Part shown: piece by piece, positions 1 to 16,800 of the stretch | Numbering within the stretch: position 1 is the stretch's first letter | Layout of the letters: every line of letters starts with the position of its first letter | Source: Daphnia carinata | Lineage: Eukaryota | NCBI RefSeq assembly: GCF_022539665.2 | Contig: NC_081333.1 | Coordinates: 7,874,001-7,938,000, forward strand | Direction of reading: 5' to 3' | DNA: 64,000 nucleotides | Translations under genes and position numbers: made by a program | Notes under the pieces: model-generated | Database searches by the model: none | What the model was told of the DNA's origin: nothing | What the model saw: the letters and a program-made list of their open reading frames with translations, nothing else

Positions 1-8
1 AAAAATAG

Positions 9-69
9 GGAACATTCACCAAGGAGCGATCGATCGCGCGACAGGGACAAGAAACGTGAAAGACGTTGA
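9..69 (+). CDS. Terminal coding exon of an upstream gene with an RS/RD-rich C-terminus (partial)
   Basis: After an aaatag acceptor it reads EHSPRSDRSRDRDKKRERR*, with AATAAA at 107-112. The rest of the gene is outside the window. Confidence 0.45.
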
Positions 70-283
70 TCGAACTATTATACTTTTTTCGTCTTCGTTC
101 TTTTTGAATAAAATGTCATTTCAACGATATTGAATTATAGCATCAATGTAAAGTGAATTTAGTCATACTGTATTGCCGCATTAACAAAACCATGCAGGCA
201 TGTTTATCCAACGGGAAGAAACTGTACCAATCGCAGTAAGCTTTTTGGTGTGTTTCCTTGGATAATGGCAAAAACAAACCAAA

Positions 284-2560
<2,277 letters not shown>

Positions 2561-4476
2561 TTTGTGATTTTCCTTAGACTGTAGATGTTTCTAGCAAGCC
2601 TGCTTTAAGGACAACAATTATGTTCCCAGAAACTCTGAGCACGAATTTATCTCAAAGCTCTCTAGCAGAAGGCAACTCGTGTAAAGAGAAATGACCGAGA
2701 GAGATAACAGAGGTAAGCGGGAGTGGGCGGAACTGAATGTAAAAAAGGGACATCTGTAGGGAGAATTTAGGAGCAGATCGCGGTTACCTAAAGGGCTCTT
2801 TCGTTAAGTAGAATGTGATTATAGGGGCCTTATTGTACTGTACTTTAAACTTTACCGTTCATATTTTAGAAGTTCACCATTGTCGTAACGTTTAGTATTG
2901 GAGGCTGAACGACATATGCAATTTCCTTCCTGGGGAGATGTTTTGTTCAAGGATGCAGCATTGGAATATGTTTATCATTCTATCCGGCTTGTATTTACTG
3001 CAAATATCGTACTCTAAAAGAAAAGCTGTGCAATGTGGCCATGTAGAGCCAGATTTGCGGAAACTGTGAAGCATGTGTTTCCGGTTACCATCAGGGCTAA
3101 ACTAATCTAATGTTCACAACAGCGCAGTATTTTGCTTCAAACAAACGACGTTATTGCGTATACATCCTCCATCTGTGCTGATTTTTACATAGTCTGGTTG
3201 CTCTGCAAACAGCAGTTTATTTCAGGTAAGTAGGCTACTACAAAATACTTTCATGCATAAACCTAGCGACTGTTAAACTAAAAGATATTGTACATTCTAT
3301 TAGTAAACCTCAATTCAACGTCCACAGTTTAATGGTTGGTTGCTGTAAATAACAAGATTTCATCTTCCGCCCAATTTAAAAACGGGGGTATCTTTCGGTA
3401 GAGACATATAATAGGAAACATTAGGGAGTTTTAGAAGCTTCAGCAATTTTTAAACGTTTTCTGAACCACTATCGGAGTCTATTGTTTGTCCATGTGTATT
3501 TTTGCGCACAGGCCTCTAAGGTTGATACGAAGATAGCGAAGTACGTTTGACTTCAGCTACGAAACATGCAGAAAAACTCTGCCACAACAAACAGCTGTAC
3601 ATGAAGCGTAAACCATGCGAGTGAAGCGGTGTCTGGAATTTGTAAATGCAGTTCGCGACGATAGAATAAGCCATATTAGTGCGACCATTGTGAATTCTAT
3701 CGTGGTCTGAACTTCATTGAGACCTATGTCTGTTCCAAAATCTGTCGTCTTAAGGGCTTATCTTAGAACTAGGGATACTGGTACCATATAGCAATGACCT
3801 TTTTAGACACCATTCAAATGACAAGCCATTCGCAAAATAAATTCGATAGTGCAACACTAGGTTGAATTAAGGAACGATGAAACTGTTTAGACGCTCATCA
3901 AGAAGAGGAGGATACGAAATCAATAGAAATTGCACGTATAACAGAAAGTACGACTGGGTAATGTGGTTTTCATCGAGAGCAAGCAGTCTGAGACGACGAA
4001 TAAACGTGTTTGCAGAATTTCAGCAGCAATGATGGCGATTAGGCGAGAGACACATTACTCTGCAGAAATTTCAATATACAGTTACTTTCTGTTTGTTAAC
4101 TGGTATTTGACTTACGAGGCACTTTTACTCTAAATTTATTTTCCAAAACAAATTTTGAAACTAGTGTAACAGGGTCCCTAAGTAAGAGAAAGAGTTCAAA
4201 CTTTTTTATCGCGTGTTTGCGATCACGGACACCTAATTTTGACAGGTGAGGAAGGCATAGTGCATTGGTATCAAAGTCAAATAATGCAACACTAGGATAA
4301 CTTTAGACATCACAAATACCATTCGAATACGAATGCAGATATGCTTCTATAGCGCTCAGTGAACTTCAAACAATAGCTGTGGTCTTTGATGCAACTCTAT
4401 CAACAACAATCTTATCGCATTGTCCTTCAAATGGGTAGTCGTGTTTATATCTTAGTAACGCACTGTGGTGGACAAG

Positions 4477-7400
4477 ATGTCTCCACAGACGGATGAAGTT
4501 GCGAGCAGCTCCAAAGAAAACTCTTTTAGAAAGCAAGGACGTGCAAAAACCAGCCATGAAGGTACAATAATGTAGTAACTAATTGCGGCCACCTCTATTC
4601 AGCTTTTCTTTTCGAATGTGCACACCTGTCAGTGATGTCATATTGTTTGATTTACGTCTTATTATAATAGTTCTAACCCATTACTTTACCGCCTGATACT
4701 ACTACTGCCTGATGTGCAATATTAACGATAATTTTAATTTAATTATGGTACTCAATATTTCATTAATACCTTCCTGATAAAGGTGCAGCAAGACGCAACA
4801 AAGGATTCACCAGGGCCGAAAGTTCCAGCCAGGATTCTCACTCCAGCGATAGTTCAGCGTCGCAGAACGTTGATGCTAAATATGTCAACCTAGGCGAGGA
4901 AGATCAAATGGTAAGCAGCATACCATCGTCCGTGTACAAAAACAAAGCAAATATTGGCTACGGTGCTGTGCATTGAATTACAAAATATTTCTCCCACGTG
5001 CAACGCAGGAAATCCACGGATACCGTCGGTCGGTTTTCTGGACTACAGTTACATGGTTTTTCATCGTCATAACTGTTGGAATACTGCGGATGGTCTATCA
5101 CTGGTTTCCGGAGTGGTTTCTGAACTGCACACATACAAAATGTCCCTTGGAAGTTGCCGAAAAGGTGTTGCTAGTGGTAAGTTGAAATGATATTTGACTG
5201 TTAAGAATTCAGAGCATTTAAAACGATAACGATTTTCTACCTTAAAAAAAATAGGAGATTTGCCAGGAAAAGTATAGGAAAATACATATTCGAACCATAA
5301 TTCACCAGACAGCTCTGCAGGCTATGTAAGATGCTCAGCACATTCGACGCCAATCTAAAATGTTAAAACTTTCCTATGTTTTAATCTCGTATCCTTTCAG
5401 AACTGTTGCCAATCAGGAGGAACTTAGCACGAATAATAAAAATCACACCGAAGATCATGTCATGGAAGAGTTTAACAAAGCGACAGAAGCGTTGTCCCTT
5501 CCACTCCCGAATCCCGATGGCACGTTTAACGGCAAGTAACTTGTTGATGAATAACAGACGGAAATAACTTAACAATCACGTTCGGAAATTTTCTTTTTTT
5601 TAGAAGTAGAAAACATGCGTTTGTTTACCTGCAAGAAGTTGCGTTACGTATGGAACGAAAGGTCAAAAGAATTCTTCAAACTTAAAAGCCTGGGCCCCGG
5701 AATACCAACTTCATCTCTCCACTGTCCGGATGCGCAACAAGGTCACGCCGGACTTTCCACCATCGAACAACAGAAAAGGTAATTCCGTTTTTTGCACGAG
5801 AATATTAGGCATCGCAATGGCATTCAAAGTTTCAATTACATTTTACAGACGTGCAGTCTACGGAAGAAATACTATTTACGTACCAGTTAGACCGATTCTC
5901 GAGCTCCTCTTGCTTGAAGTCATTAATCCATTCTACATCTTCCAAGTTGCCTCAATTTTGATCTGGATTGCGATTTGGTACTACTTCTATGCTGCAGCCA
6001 TTGCCGTAATGTCCATAGCTGGAATTATAATCACCATTAGCCAAACAAGAAAAGTAGCCACTAACTAACAATAGTTATTTTGACGCATTGAGATCTAAAA
6101 AATGTCATCTCGTTTTTTTTTTTTACAGAACCAGCGAAAGCTCAGAAACACAGTTCGCGGTAATGATATTATTACCGTGTGCAGGGGAAATGGAAATTAC
6201 CACACCGTAAGAACGGAAGATCTAGTTCCAGGAGATGTAATGGTAATTCCACCAGCGGGCTGCGTCTTGCATTGCGACGCCGTTCTTCTTTTTGGCACCT
6301 GTATCGTCAATGAAAGCATGTTAACAGGTAGGATAAATCCATTTTCGTTAATTTAAAAATATTAATTGACCACTAATAAAGGTGAATCGGTTCCTGTGAC
6401 TAAAACGCCACTGCCAATGAGGAACGATGTCCTTTACAACCCGAAAGAACACGCAAGACATACTTTATTCAGCGGTACCCGCGTAGTCCAAACTCGCTTT
6501 TACGACGACGAAAAGGTGCTTTGCATTTCCCACATTTCCTATTTACGTTAAATTATCATAAACAACTAGCAAGCGCGTTCATATTAGGTGATGGCGGTTG
6601 TTACAGCGACTGGCTTTCTGACTGCTAAAGGGACACTTGTATCTTCGATCATGTACCCTCCACCTGCAGACTATAAATTCGAAAGAGACAGCTACAAGTT
6701 TATCGGATTTTTGGCTTCTTTAGCCTCAATCGGATTCATCTACAGCACGGTTACAAAGGTAAACGTCTTTCTTAAAAAAGACGTGGATGAAACACGATGT
6801 TTGATGTAGATGTACCGATCATTTAGATCATGAATGGTGACACTGGCTTGCAAGTCATTCTACACAGCTTTGACTTGATTACTGTCTGCGTTCCTCCCGC
6901 ACTACCTGCCGCAATGGCGGCTGGAATTATCTTAGCTCAAAGACGACTTGAGTTGCGAAATATCTTTTGCATATCACCAAGAGCAATCAACGTATCAGGT
7001 ATTCTGCATAAACGACTTACCTCCCATTATTTCCGAGCAGTGCTTTGACATCTGGATGTCGATGAACAGGATCCATCAATTGTGTTTGCTTCGATAAAAC
7101 TGGAACTTTAACCGAAGAAGGCTTGGATCTCTGGGGTGTAGTGCCGGTTGCCAGAATTGCCAATTTCCTTCGTGTTCTTTCACCAGTCACGAGTAAGTGA
7201 ATAGCGATAGTTCTAAGGGAAATTCCAAGTATACATAATTATTTGTCCTTAATCATTTCGAAAGAACCTTGTACACTACCTGGGGCCGTGTCTACGGTGA
7301 CTGGAAGCGAGATGAGCCACGAAGATCCAAAGAAGGAACTACCTTATTTGCTGTTTAAAGGGATGGCTACTTGCCATTCATTAACCATCATTGATGGCAC

Positions 7401-10057
7401 TTTGAACGGCGATCCCCTTGATCTTAAAGTAATAAACCGTTCGTTTTACCTGTGGCGAATATAGATAGGAAAAAAGCCATAATAAAACATGATTATTCTG
7501 TAGATGTTTGAATCGACCGGATGGAATTTGATAGAGCCATCACATGACGACACTCACAAATATGACAATCTCTGCCCAACAGTTGTGACGTGGACTCCGA
7601 ACGAAGGCGACAAACATTCCAAAGTATTCAATTTGGTGTAGTTGTGCATAAGACGAGCTAATTGCAACTAACAAATTTACAGGTGGAAGTGGGAATTGTC
7701 AGACAGTTCCCCTTTAGTTCTGCTCTACAACGAATGGTATGGCTACTTTACATTGCTATAAAACGATCTTCTTCTTTTAAATAGTGTTATTGTAGGCTGT
7801 CTTATGCAAAGAAATGGGAAAAGATCAAATGCACTTCTTCTGTAAAGGATCACCTGAGATGATTCAGTCCTTATCGCTTCCCGAAACTGGTAGGTTACGT
7901 TATTACATTCACGCAAACTACTAATTAACCATTAAACCGTAAACAGTGCCTGAAAATTATAATAAGCTGTTGGAATCATACACCAAGCAAGGATTCCGCG
8001 TCATCGCTCTTGGCCATCGCTTGGTAGAATCCCAGTCCATCAATAAGCTGCAAAAAGTTCAGAGAGAAGATTTAGAACACGGATTAACATTTCTGGGTAC
8101 GTTATTAAACTGACCTCCGTACAAGAAATTTCATTTCAACTGTCGGACATGGAACAGGTCTTGTCGTCTTGGAGAACAGATTGAAGCCTGATAGTGCCGA
8201 AGTCTTAGCCGAATTGGCCTCTGCTGCTGTGCGAACCATTATGGTTACTGGTACAAAAATAGTCATTTATCATATAAAGGATGCTGTTTAAATATTTTTT
8301 GTAATCTAGGTGACAACTTACTCACGGCCATCAGCGTTGCTCGAGGTGAGTTATGACGTAGCTCTTGAAATCACGAAAAGTCCTGATATTTGAATTTGAA
8401 TTCCGCGCTTCAGATTGTGAGATGGTAGGAGAAAACGAAGAAATTGTCATTGTCAATTGCGATGAAACAACGCTTTCTGAAGATAAGCCTCGCCTAACTT
8501 TTACTTTAGCAGAAAAAGTATCTCGTCAGGTACGTATTCAAAAAATGATTTGGCAAAAGTGGAATTTCTTGTAAAACATTCACCTTTAATTGAATGAAAT
8601 AGCTGACTGGTAGTCCAACTGCAACACGAGCAAATTTGAGTATTGCTGAAGATGTCATCTTAAGTATGCCGGACGCGGTGAGAACAGCATAGCCATATTT
8701 CTGCACAAGTTCGTGTTGTAATAGAATCATGGTTCTTCTCCATTCTTTAAAAGGGGACCCATTATGGCCGCTATCACTTAGCAATTACCGGAAAAAGTTG
8801 GTCAGTTATCCAAGAACACTATCCCGAACTGATACCGAACTCTGTCGTTAAAGGAACAATCTTCGCCAGGATGTCACCTGATCAGAAACAGCAATTAGTG
8901 ACTGCATTGCAAAAGACTGGCTATTTCGTTGGTCAGTTATCTTTAAAGAATACTTACGGAATTCACAATAATTTGAACTTCAAATTCTTTTCTCACAGGA
9001 ATGTGTGGTGATGGAGCTAATGATTGCGGTGCTCTGAAAGCAGCTCACGCTGGAATCGCCCTGACCGACTCGGAAGCATCGGTAGCGTCTCCTTTTACAT
9101 CGAAAGAGCCCAGTATTTCTTGCGTACCCGAGCTCATTCGTCAGGGCCGTTGCGCTTTGGTCACTTCTTTCGGCATTTTCAACTACATGGCTATCTACGC
9201 ATTGATTCAATTCTTTTCCGTCATGATCCTTTTCGAAGTGGGAACAAATTTGTCAGATTTCCAATTCCTTTACGTCGATTTCTTCATCATTTGTTCTCTT
9301 TCGGCTTTCTTCGGACAAACGCAACCTTACCCGGGAAAACTCTTTAAACGTCCTCCTTTAACATCTCTCTTGTCTCTGCCTCCAGTTGGATCGCTTGTCA
9401 TTCAAGCGGCAATTATCTTGTTAATACAACTCACGAGCTTGTTCGTAACGCAGCAACAAGATTGGTTCGTGCCGTACTTGAACATCACGAATGGAACTTT
9501 GGGCACGGAATTAGCCGAGTACGCCTGTAGCGAAAACTACGCCGTGGTCGGTGTCTCGTTTAGCCAGTACATTTTCTTGGCTTTGGCTTACTCGAAAGGT
9601 AAACCGTACAGGAAAATGTTCTTGACAAATTATGGATTCACAGCTTCGTTGGCCATCTGGACCGGATTTTCTTTATATCTACTCATCGAACCAAACGACT
9701 ATTTCAAAGAACTCTTTGAACTAGAAATGCCACCGGAATTTTCCTTCCGGTTCGTCATCGTTGGCTTCTCTATTCTTCAGGTGAGTTCTGCTTTTGTTCT
9801 TTCTTCCACTCTTTTGCGTGGTTCATGAAATTGAAACTCAATTTCAGGTAGCACTTTGTTTACTGATTGAAGCGTTTTTGGTTGATCGAGGACTTCTGGC
9901 TATGATGAATTCGTCTTGGTGGCTAAAGTTACGACCTCGTCAAGAAATGTACCTGGAAGTCGAAGAAAAACTGTCCACATCGCGATGGCCGCTCGTTAGC
10001 AATTACGATGAAGAACCACCTCCAGAAGCCCTTTCAGCACTCCGGGCAAAATCTTGA
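4477..10057 (+). CDS. ATP13A3: P5B-type cation/polyamine-transporting ATPase, ATP13A3-like (multi-exon)
   Basis: [15 protein letters not shown]-terminal motif, [19 protein letters not shown], phosphorylation motif DKTGTLT (~7093), [22 protein letters not shown] and C-terminal TM segments. Start at 4477 inferred from exon phases. Confidence 0.92.
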
Positions 10058-10888
10058 GGGAGCCACATTTCACGAATGGTTCACAATTGCCGTTTTTTTT
10101 CTAAATCAACTATAACTTATGCATATGTAAAGAAATTTCATGCGCCAGCTCCACTGCTTTACAGCATGAAATTCTTTACGCCGGGTGGTGGGTGATTTGA
10201 TGGGTCTACTCTTTGGCCATCATTAAAATAACCATTTAGCTCTTTTTCTTGTTTTTTGCATGGCTAGAAGATTAAGAAGAAAAGATATCATGTTATATCC
10301 TATTTTAACTAGGGCAGAAATCATATAACTTTAGTATCTGCAGCACTTCAAGGGATTTAAAAAAATACATATTACTTAATTTTATATCAACTGTGTACAT
10401 TTAATTATTTCGACGCATACCGTACAGATCAATGTCGTTTCTTATTTACAGCAAAGGGGGTGGGCTGTTGCTTTCCGGGCCCTACAGTCAGGCAGAAAAT
10501 CAACAAGCATATTATTTATAAAAAAAGACAGTTAAAATGTCAAAATTTGCAGTTAAATCACTTGGCCCCGCAAAATGGGGAGAGGGGATTATTCACATGA
10601 TAAACCTTCAGTTATCCCAGGAATGTTTTTTAAGGCTCAGAAAGGAGAAAGGCGTCGATCAAGTGCTCAAACGCATTCAAAAATAAAAGAGACTTGAAGG
10701 AACGATGCCTTTGATAGTGCAATCACAGCTCTGCTCCGGCAGATATCGATTGATTCGAATTTAAGGAATAATTAATGGTTGTAACATCTCGAATGTACAA
10801 GTACAGTAAAAACGTACAATCCCCCGAAATCCATTGACGGGATCTTTCTCTGGAAGTTTCCTACGTCGTAAAAAGAAAATAAAAGTGA

Positions 10889-13800
10889 TTACGCCATTAC
10901 GAAACCGTTGACAGTGACGCCGTTGACGGTGACTCCCGGAAGAGGTGAAGGTGGCGGCGAACTGTTGGAAGCCGGAAGAGGTTGGATCGCTCGGTTCTTC
11001 CGGGTGCTCGCCGTATCCTCATAAGTTAGATCGTACATGTGATGGTTCTCTCCTGGTAGGTGCTCGTAGATGTCATTGGTGCTCGAATAGAGACTATTTC
11101 CGTTGAGACTGACGGGCAGCGTCTGCATCTGATGATTATGTGAATAGATGGGCGATTGATGGCCTACGGGGCTAGAGAAATGCGTTTGCGGTGTCGGTGG
11201 CAACGGGATGTTGGGTGGGACCATCGTCACGGCCTGCTTCTTGTTGTTTCCGGCCGAGCCATTCTGTTTGACGTTGGGTGCGTCCCAGATCCAGGAACCT
11301 CGTTTCCTGTTGAAAATACATCAGGGTCAATCCTTGCGTGGAATCAGAATGAACTATGAGAATATTGTTGGTCTTACACTTTGCAATAAAAGAGCGCAAT
11401 GATGACGAAGAGGACCAAGACGATTCCAGTTCCAACACCAATCCACACTCCTGATCCACTAGTTTGTCTTCCGGATGACAAACTATCCAGTCCGTTGTCT
11501 TGTAGAGGAGTTATTGCTTTGCCTTCTTCTGTATAATAAAGAAATATTTCCTCGTGAAAGATAAATTTGATTGAAATGGAAATACAATTCACTTGATTTT
11601 TACCTATGCATAGCGGGATAAGACCAGCCCATCGACCATCAGCACCGCACTTCCGGCTGAAATGCCCTGATCGCTGGAAACTGGGTAGACAATGATATTC
11701 CGCTACGCTACCGAATATGGTAGTGCCATTAACGAGGAAGACACGGCCATTTTCAACTTCTTCCGGTTGACTGCAATCCACCCCTGGAAATTAAATTGTT
11801 TATTGCATATTTCAACATGACACTATATTTCAAAATCTTACATTCACAATCGGGTTGACTTCCTTCCCAAAGACCAGAAATCAGGCACTTGCGTGAAGAT
11901 TGGCCAACAAGTCGTCGACCTTCGTGGCAACTGTACACAGCCTGACTACCCACGGTTGATGACATAACAGTTACCAAGACGCCAGAGTCATCAGCAGCTG
12001 CGGGAGCAGCACAGGTAATTTCTAGAATAACCAAAAAATTAAAATCTGCTCATTCAAAACTTCACGCTCGATTCACGAATACCTTTGCAGTTGGGCGGAG
12101 AGCCACTCCACGAGCCATTTTCTAAACACATGCGACGTTCAAAGCCTTCTAGCTTGTAATTTGTTTCACAAGCGTACTGAGCATAAGAAGATAGGTAAGT
12201 CGTGTTGCCCGGAAGACTAACGGTTCCATGGGCAGTTTCTTCCGGCGATCCGCAATCGACAACTGTCAGTTTGCAAAACAATTTTTTATCAATTAACCCA
12301 GTTGAGCAATATAAAAGGATTTTCTTACATGTGCAGACAGCGACTTCACCGGTCCACTGACCGGATTCATCACAAGTGCGGGAATTTTTGCCATCCAACC
12401 GGAACCCACGTTCGCACTTGTAGATAACATTCGAACCGATACGGAATGTACTGCTGGAAGAGGTTTCACCGCGATCCGAATTACGCAACAGCGTGACAGC
12501 GCGTAGGCGATCCGAGCTGGAAATGCTAAGCACAACCCCATCCGGCCGTTCCGGCATCGGACAGCGGATTTCGCGGCATTGCGGAGCAACACCAGACCAT
12601 TTTCCATCTTCTCCGCAGATCCGTGATGATGAAGATCCTTCCAGTCGATAATTTTGAATGCAGTCGTAAACCACTTCGCTGCCGAGATGGGACGTTCCAT
12701 TGATGTAATGAACTTGGCCGTTAGCGATCTCAGTCAGCGCACCGCAGTCGATATCTGTTACAAGCGAATACGTAACGCAATTAGCTTCTGCTCATTAAGC
12801 AACAACATTTGCAAATGACTCACAAGTGCAAGTGGGTGCTGAATCGGACCAAAAACCTGTGCGGAGACACTTTCTCTTTGAATCCCCGCTCATCAGATGG
12901 CCCTTTTCGCAATAGTAGCGAATCTCCCTGTGGATGGTGAAATCGGTTCCAGTGACGTAACTACCAGCTGGAATATCCGGCTCTTCACATTCGATTACTA
13001 ACCAACGACAAGAGTAAAACACTGCTTTAAAAATAAAGTGTCAAAATACAGTCTTACGTTTGCACGATGGTGTAGTAGATGACCAACTGCCATCCTCTTG
13101 ACACAACCGAGTGTTGCGTCCTTGCAAGCGATAATCAGATCCGCATGTATACGTAGCCTGGCTGGAAAACGTAGTAGTACCATTGACAAGCCAGACAGAA
13201 CCATGTTCAGGTTCGGGTGGCGGCCCACAATCGACAAATTGGCACGTAGGTGGAGAAGCAGACCAAGTACCACCAAGTAGACAGGTAAGAACCTTTGTAC
13301 CAACCAATTTATGACCCAATTGGCAAGAATACGTAGCCGTATCGTTTGCTTTGAGACCCGACACGGCTATCGCACCGCGTTCGAATGGGGGCAATTCCGG
13401 ACAGCGTCCATCTGAAAATACGCCATTAATATTAATTAGAGCAGTAAAGGAAAAAAAATAAAAGACGTAAATCTGGAACTGAATATACATACATAAACAC
13501 TTTGGTTCCTCTGGTTCCCAATTGCCTTCCGTAGCGCAAACGCGCTGGTTTGTTCCGACGAGCGTGTAATTTTCGGCACAAGTATATTTGACGCTAGCAC
13601 CGAAAGTAGTGCGGCCATCAACAATAATCAACTCACCGTCCTTGATGCCTTTTAATGGACCGCAATCCACGTCTATTGAATGAAAAGCTCATTAGATTTT
13701 ATTCTAACGGAAAATAACCACAAAAGAGCTGATAATGCTTCACGTTTGCAAGTAGGTGATTCGTCGCTCCAAAGGCCATTGGGTTGGCACGATCTGGTGG

Positions 13801-16800
13801 TTGGGCCTAAAGTCACGCTACCCGTCGGACATCGATACTCGATCGAAGCGCCCATTGTATAATTTTTGCCAACGACCGTGCTGTTGACTCGCCGGTCCGG
13901 ATGACCGCAAGAGAGGGGCGCTGTTATACAATGTAAACAATTTGAAACATTATTTGCATAACTATGCGTTTCGAAATGCTTTATAGCGGTCTAAATAATA
14001 CTTACAAAATTTACAGATCCAATGGATTTGATCTAAATTACAGCCGACGTCGTTCCAGAGCCAGTCACGACCGCCGTCCAGCACGACGCAGTTCTGCTCT
14101 CCGTTGTAGTTGTTGGGCTGTTCACGGCCCCAAGGCGGCCGTTCGACCACATTACCCGTCACCCATCTCCAGGTGCGTGAGGTGAATGAGGCCTCTTTTT
14201 GTGCACCCATCCAGATCATCTGAGACTGTGACGGATTGATAAAAGTGGGTCGTTATTTAACGCTAAAAGTGTTCATCATAAGTGGCACAGCGAAACATTT
14301 TTCAAGTGTAAACTGTTCACTTGTATAAATGTAACGCCACGTCTCTTAAAGATTGTGACGTCTGCACGTAAAGTTGTTGCGGAGAATTGCATGTAAATTA
14401 ACCGCTGCTTTCTCTATAATTTCAATAAAATTTTGTGGTGTTTGAAACGATCAAAATCAACAAAGAAAAATAGTGCAAAGCCACATACGCGCTATTGATG
14501 GCAGTCCATTGACACCAAACAAACACTTAACACAGTGCCTGGAGTTATAAATTACCTTCATAGTGTGTTTCTTGCGTTCCAGTTCGCGGGTGATGAGCTC
14601 CAAAGTGCTGCGAGCGACGTTGTTCCACAAGTCGCCTCTCTGTTTCAAACAACTGCCTCGCGCCTTGGCGAATGTATTGCCCTCAGTCAATTGCAGGTCA
14701 TAGCAGGTTCGGTTGAAAGCCACCACTTTGTCAAGTGCGGCCGAGTCCGTACAACTCTCCCGCGGGATATCTTGAAAAAGAAACGTCCATTATAGAACGG
14801 GCTGTCAATCACAGGAATGATACTCATCCAAGAAGACTCGAAATTTAAGTTTGAGAAAATAGCACAAGAAAGATTAGCTTTGCTCAAGACTGTCGATCGT
14901 CGTATTGGAATGAAGGTAAACAAGTATGTAACATGCCCATCAGTTTTCTAGAATTCCCAATCAGTGAAGTAGTCCATCAAGTTTACAAGCCGCATTTTAA
15001 TAAAACATTTTAATCAAGTTGCGCGGTCAAACCAGAGATTGAAACAAATTTCACCGTTACGCATACCTGCGCCAGCGGAGAAAACTTCGACTTCGCACAA
15101 TGACAGACTGCTCTCGACGCCGACCATTTGCACGAAAACGAATTGGCCGACGAGAACTTTAGCACACTGGAAAAGTTTTGTTTCAGCATCGCCTATTGTA
15201 ATGTCCATACCAAATTAAGATGAATGTTATCGTTAGAGAGTTGAAAAGAGAAAACATGCTAATCATTGTAACAAATGAAGTGGGAACAAGTCTTACCAAC
15301 TGAGCCGGGGAACCAAGCGCAAAGAGGGTTGCGTTGAGGGGCAGTATTGTTACCCACTCTGATCTCGAGGTCATGTAGCTTGAAATCTATTATTTAAATG
15401 ATTATAATCCATCATCGAGCATAAGATAGGTTAGGCTAAAACTTACCGCAACAGGTTCGTGTAGTGACACGTACAGCGTTGACCGCCGTGGGTCTCATCA
15501 AATCAGCCATCCACCATGGACTTGCTTCTTTCGACGTCTCCGCACAACGGCCACCTGTGCCACCAACATCGTGAAATGTGCTGCGATCTCCGTCGATAGC
15601 GTTGAGAGCCGATCCCCCTCTTGCCGTGCTGGACTGGTTGGCCGACTTGCGTAATGCCACATTCGTCGCTATCATAGAAAACAATTTGATTTGTTACAAG
15701 TGGAACATAAGTAAAACCAGGCTTCATAATGTTTCCCGTTAGGTTGGAAATTTTAAGATTTTCTTGTTTTGCCGTTGTCAGTCACTTCCGCGTCCTATTG
15801 TGCAATAGATGAGCTGGAAAGACAGCCTTTTGTTCCAGTCCGCTATCCATTTTAGATGTAGGTCTGATATTAATCAGTAGCCACAACATCTGCTGGCGGT
15901 TCCCATTCAATCGAGCCTCAAACGAGTCTTCACACAATTTCTCCAGGAAGAAGAATTGAGGCAAGTAGTAACGCTACTTAAAATCTAACTTTACCTTGTA
16001 TCAAAACAATGAAAAAAAAAAAGAAAGACGGAAGGCCTGGAGGACTGGGAAGTATGCGAGTAATAACTACACTATTTTTCTTCCTCCCCCCATTGAATTC
16101 CCAAATTTTCTCTTGCCCAGGGTAAAATACTTAAAGATCTAGGAGCTGGTCAGTTGGGTGACGCTACGTGAAATTTCTGTCATTTTTCTTTTCCAGGAAA
16201 GAAACAAAGGGCCAAAAACAATAATGGTGGGAGTTGGGGTTCAATAGTACTTTTCTATTTTATTCTTTCCCTATTTCCATAAAAGTACACAAACTTCACC
16301 CTTCCCTTTCTATTTTTCTCTGTCATTACGTTCGAATACACCCACAAAAGAACGTACTAGGAATTCCACACAAAAAAAAGAAAGGTGAACAAAGAAAAAG
16401 TAAATAGCACACGCGATACACCATGGCATTTCGTTTTAAAAGAAAAAGCCAGGGTGAAACTTTCACGGCTTTCGGGCGTGAAAGAAAAAGCGTCATAGTA
16501 AGAGGGAGGAAACAGAAGGTGTAGAACACACGTTTCTCAGCGTGAAACTATACAGCCTTTCCCAAACGCACAAACGAGATAAGAATTTTTTTTTTTCACT
16601 AGCGATACTATCTTTCCTAAGTACTAATAAGTGGTTTAGTTTCCAACAACGTCCCACACGTTTGTTCGAAACTCCCGCGGACGTCAGAAAAAGTCGAAAT
16701 TATCCGCAATAAACAAGGACAATTTTTCTACGTTGACCGAATAGGGGAATGGTCGTTTCTTGCTTCTAACTTGTTGGGAGGGAATAAAACACGAAAAGAA

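Noticed and set aside
5389..5397. GTATCCTTT, a perfect U12 donor consensus
   Set aside because: It lies in the pyrimidine tract of an ordinary GT-AG intron whose flanking exons already join in frame.
7163..7264. Possible U12 intron in ATP13A3 (ATTTCCTT start; TCCTTAAT branch-like site)
   Set aside because: The donor mismatches the near-invariant RTATCCTT, and a canonical GTAAGT donor at ~7193 gives the same phase.
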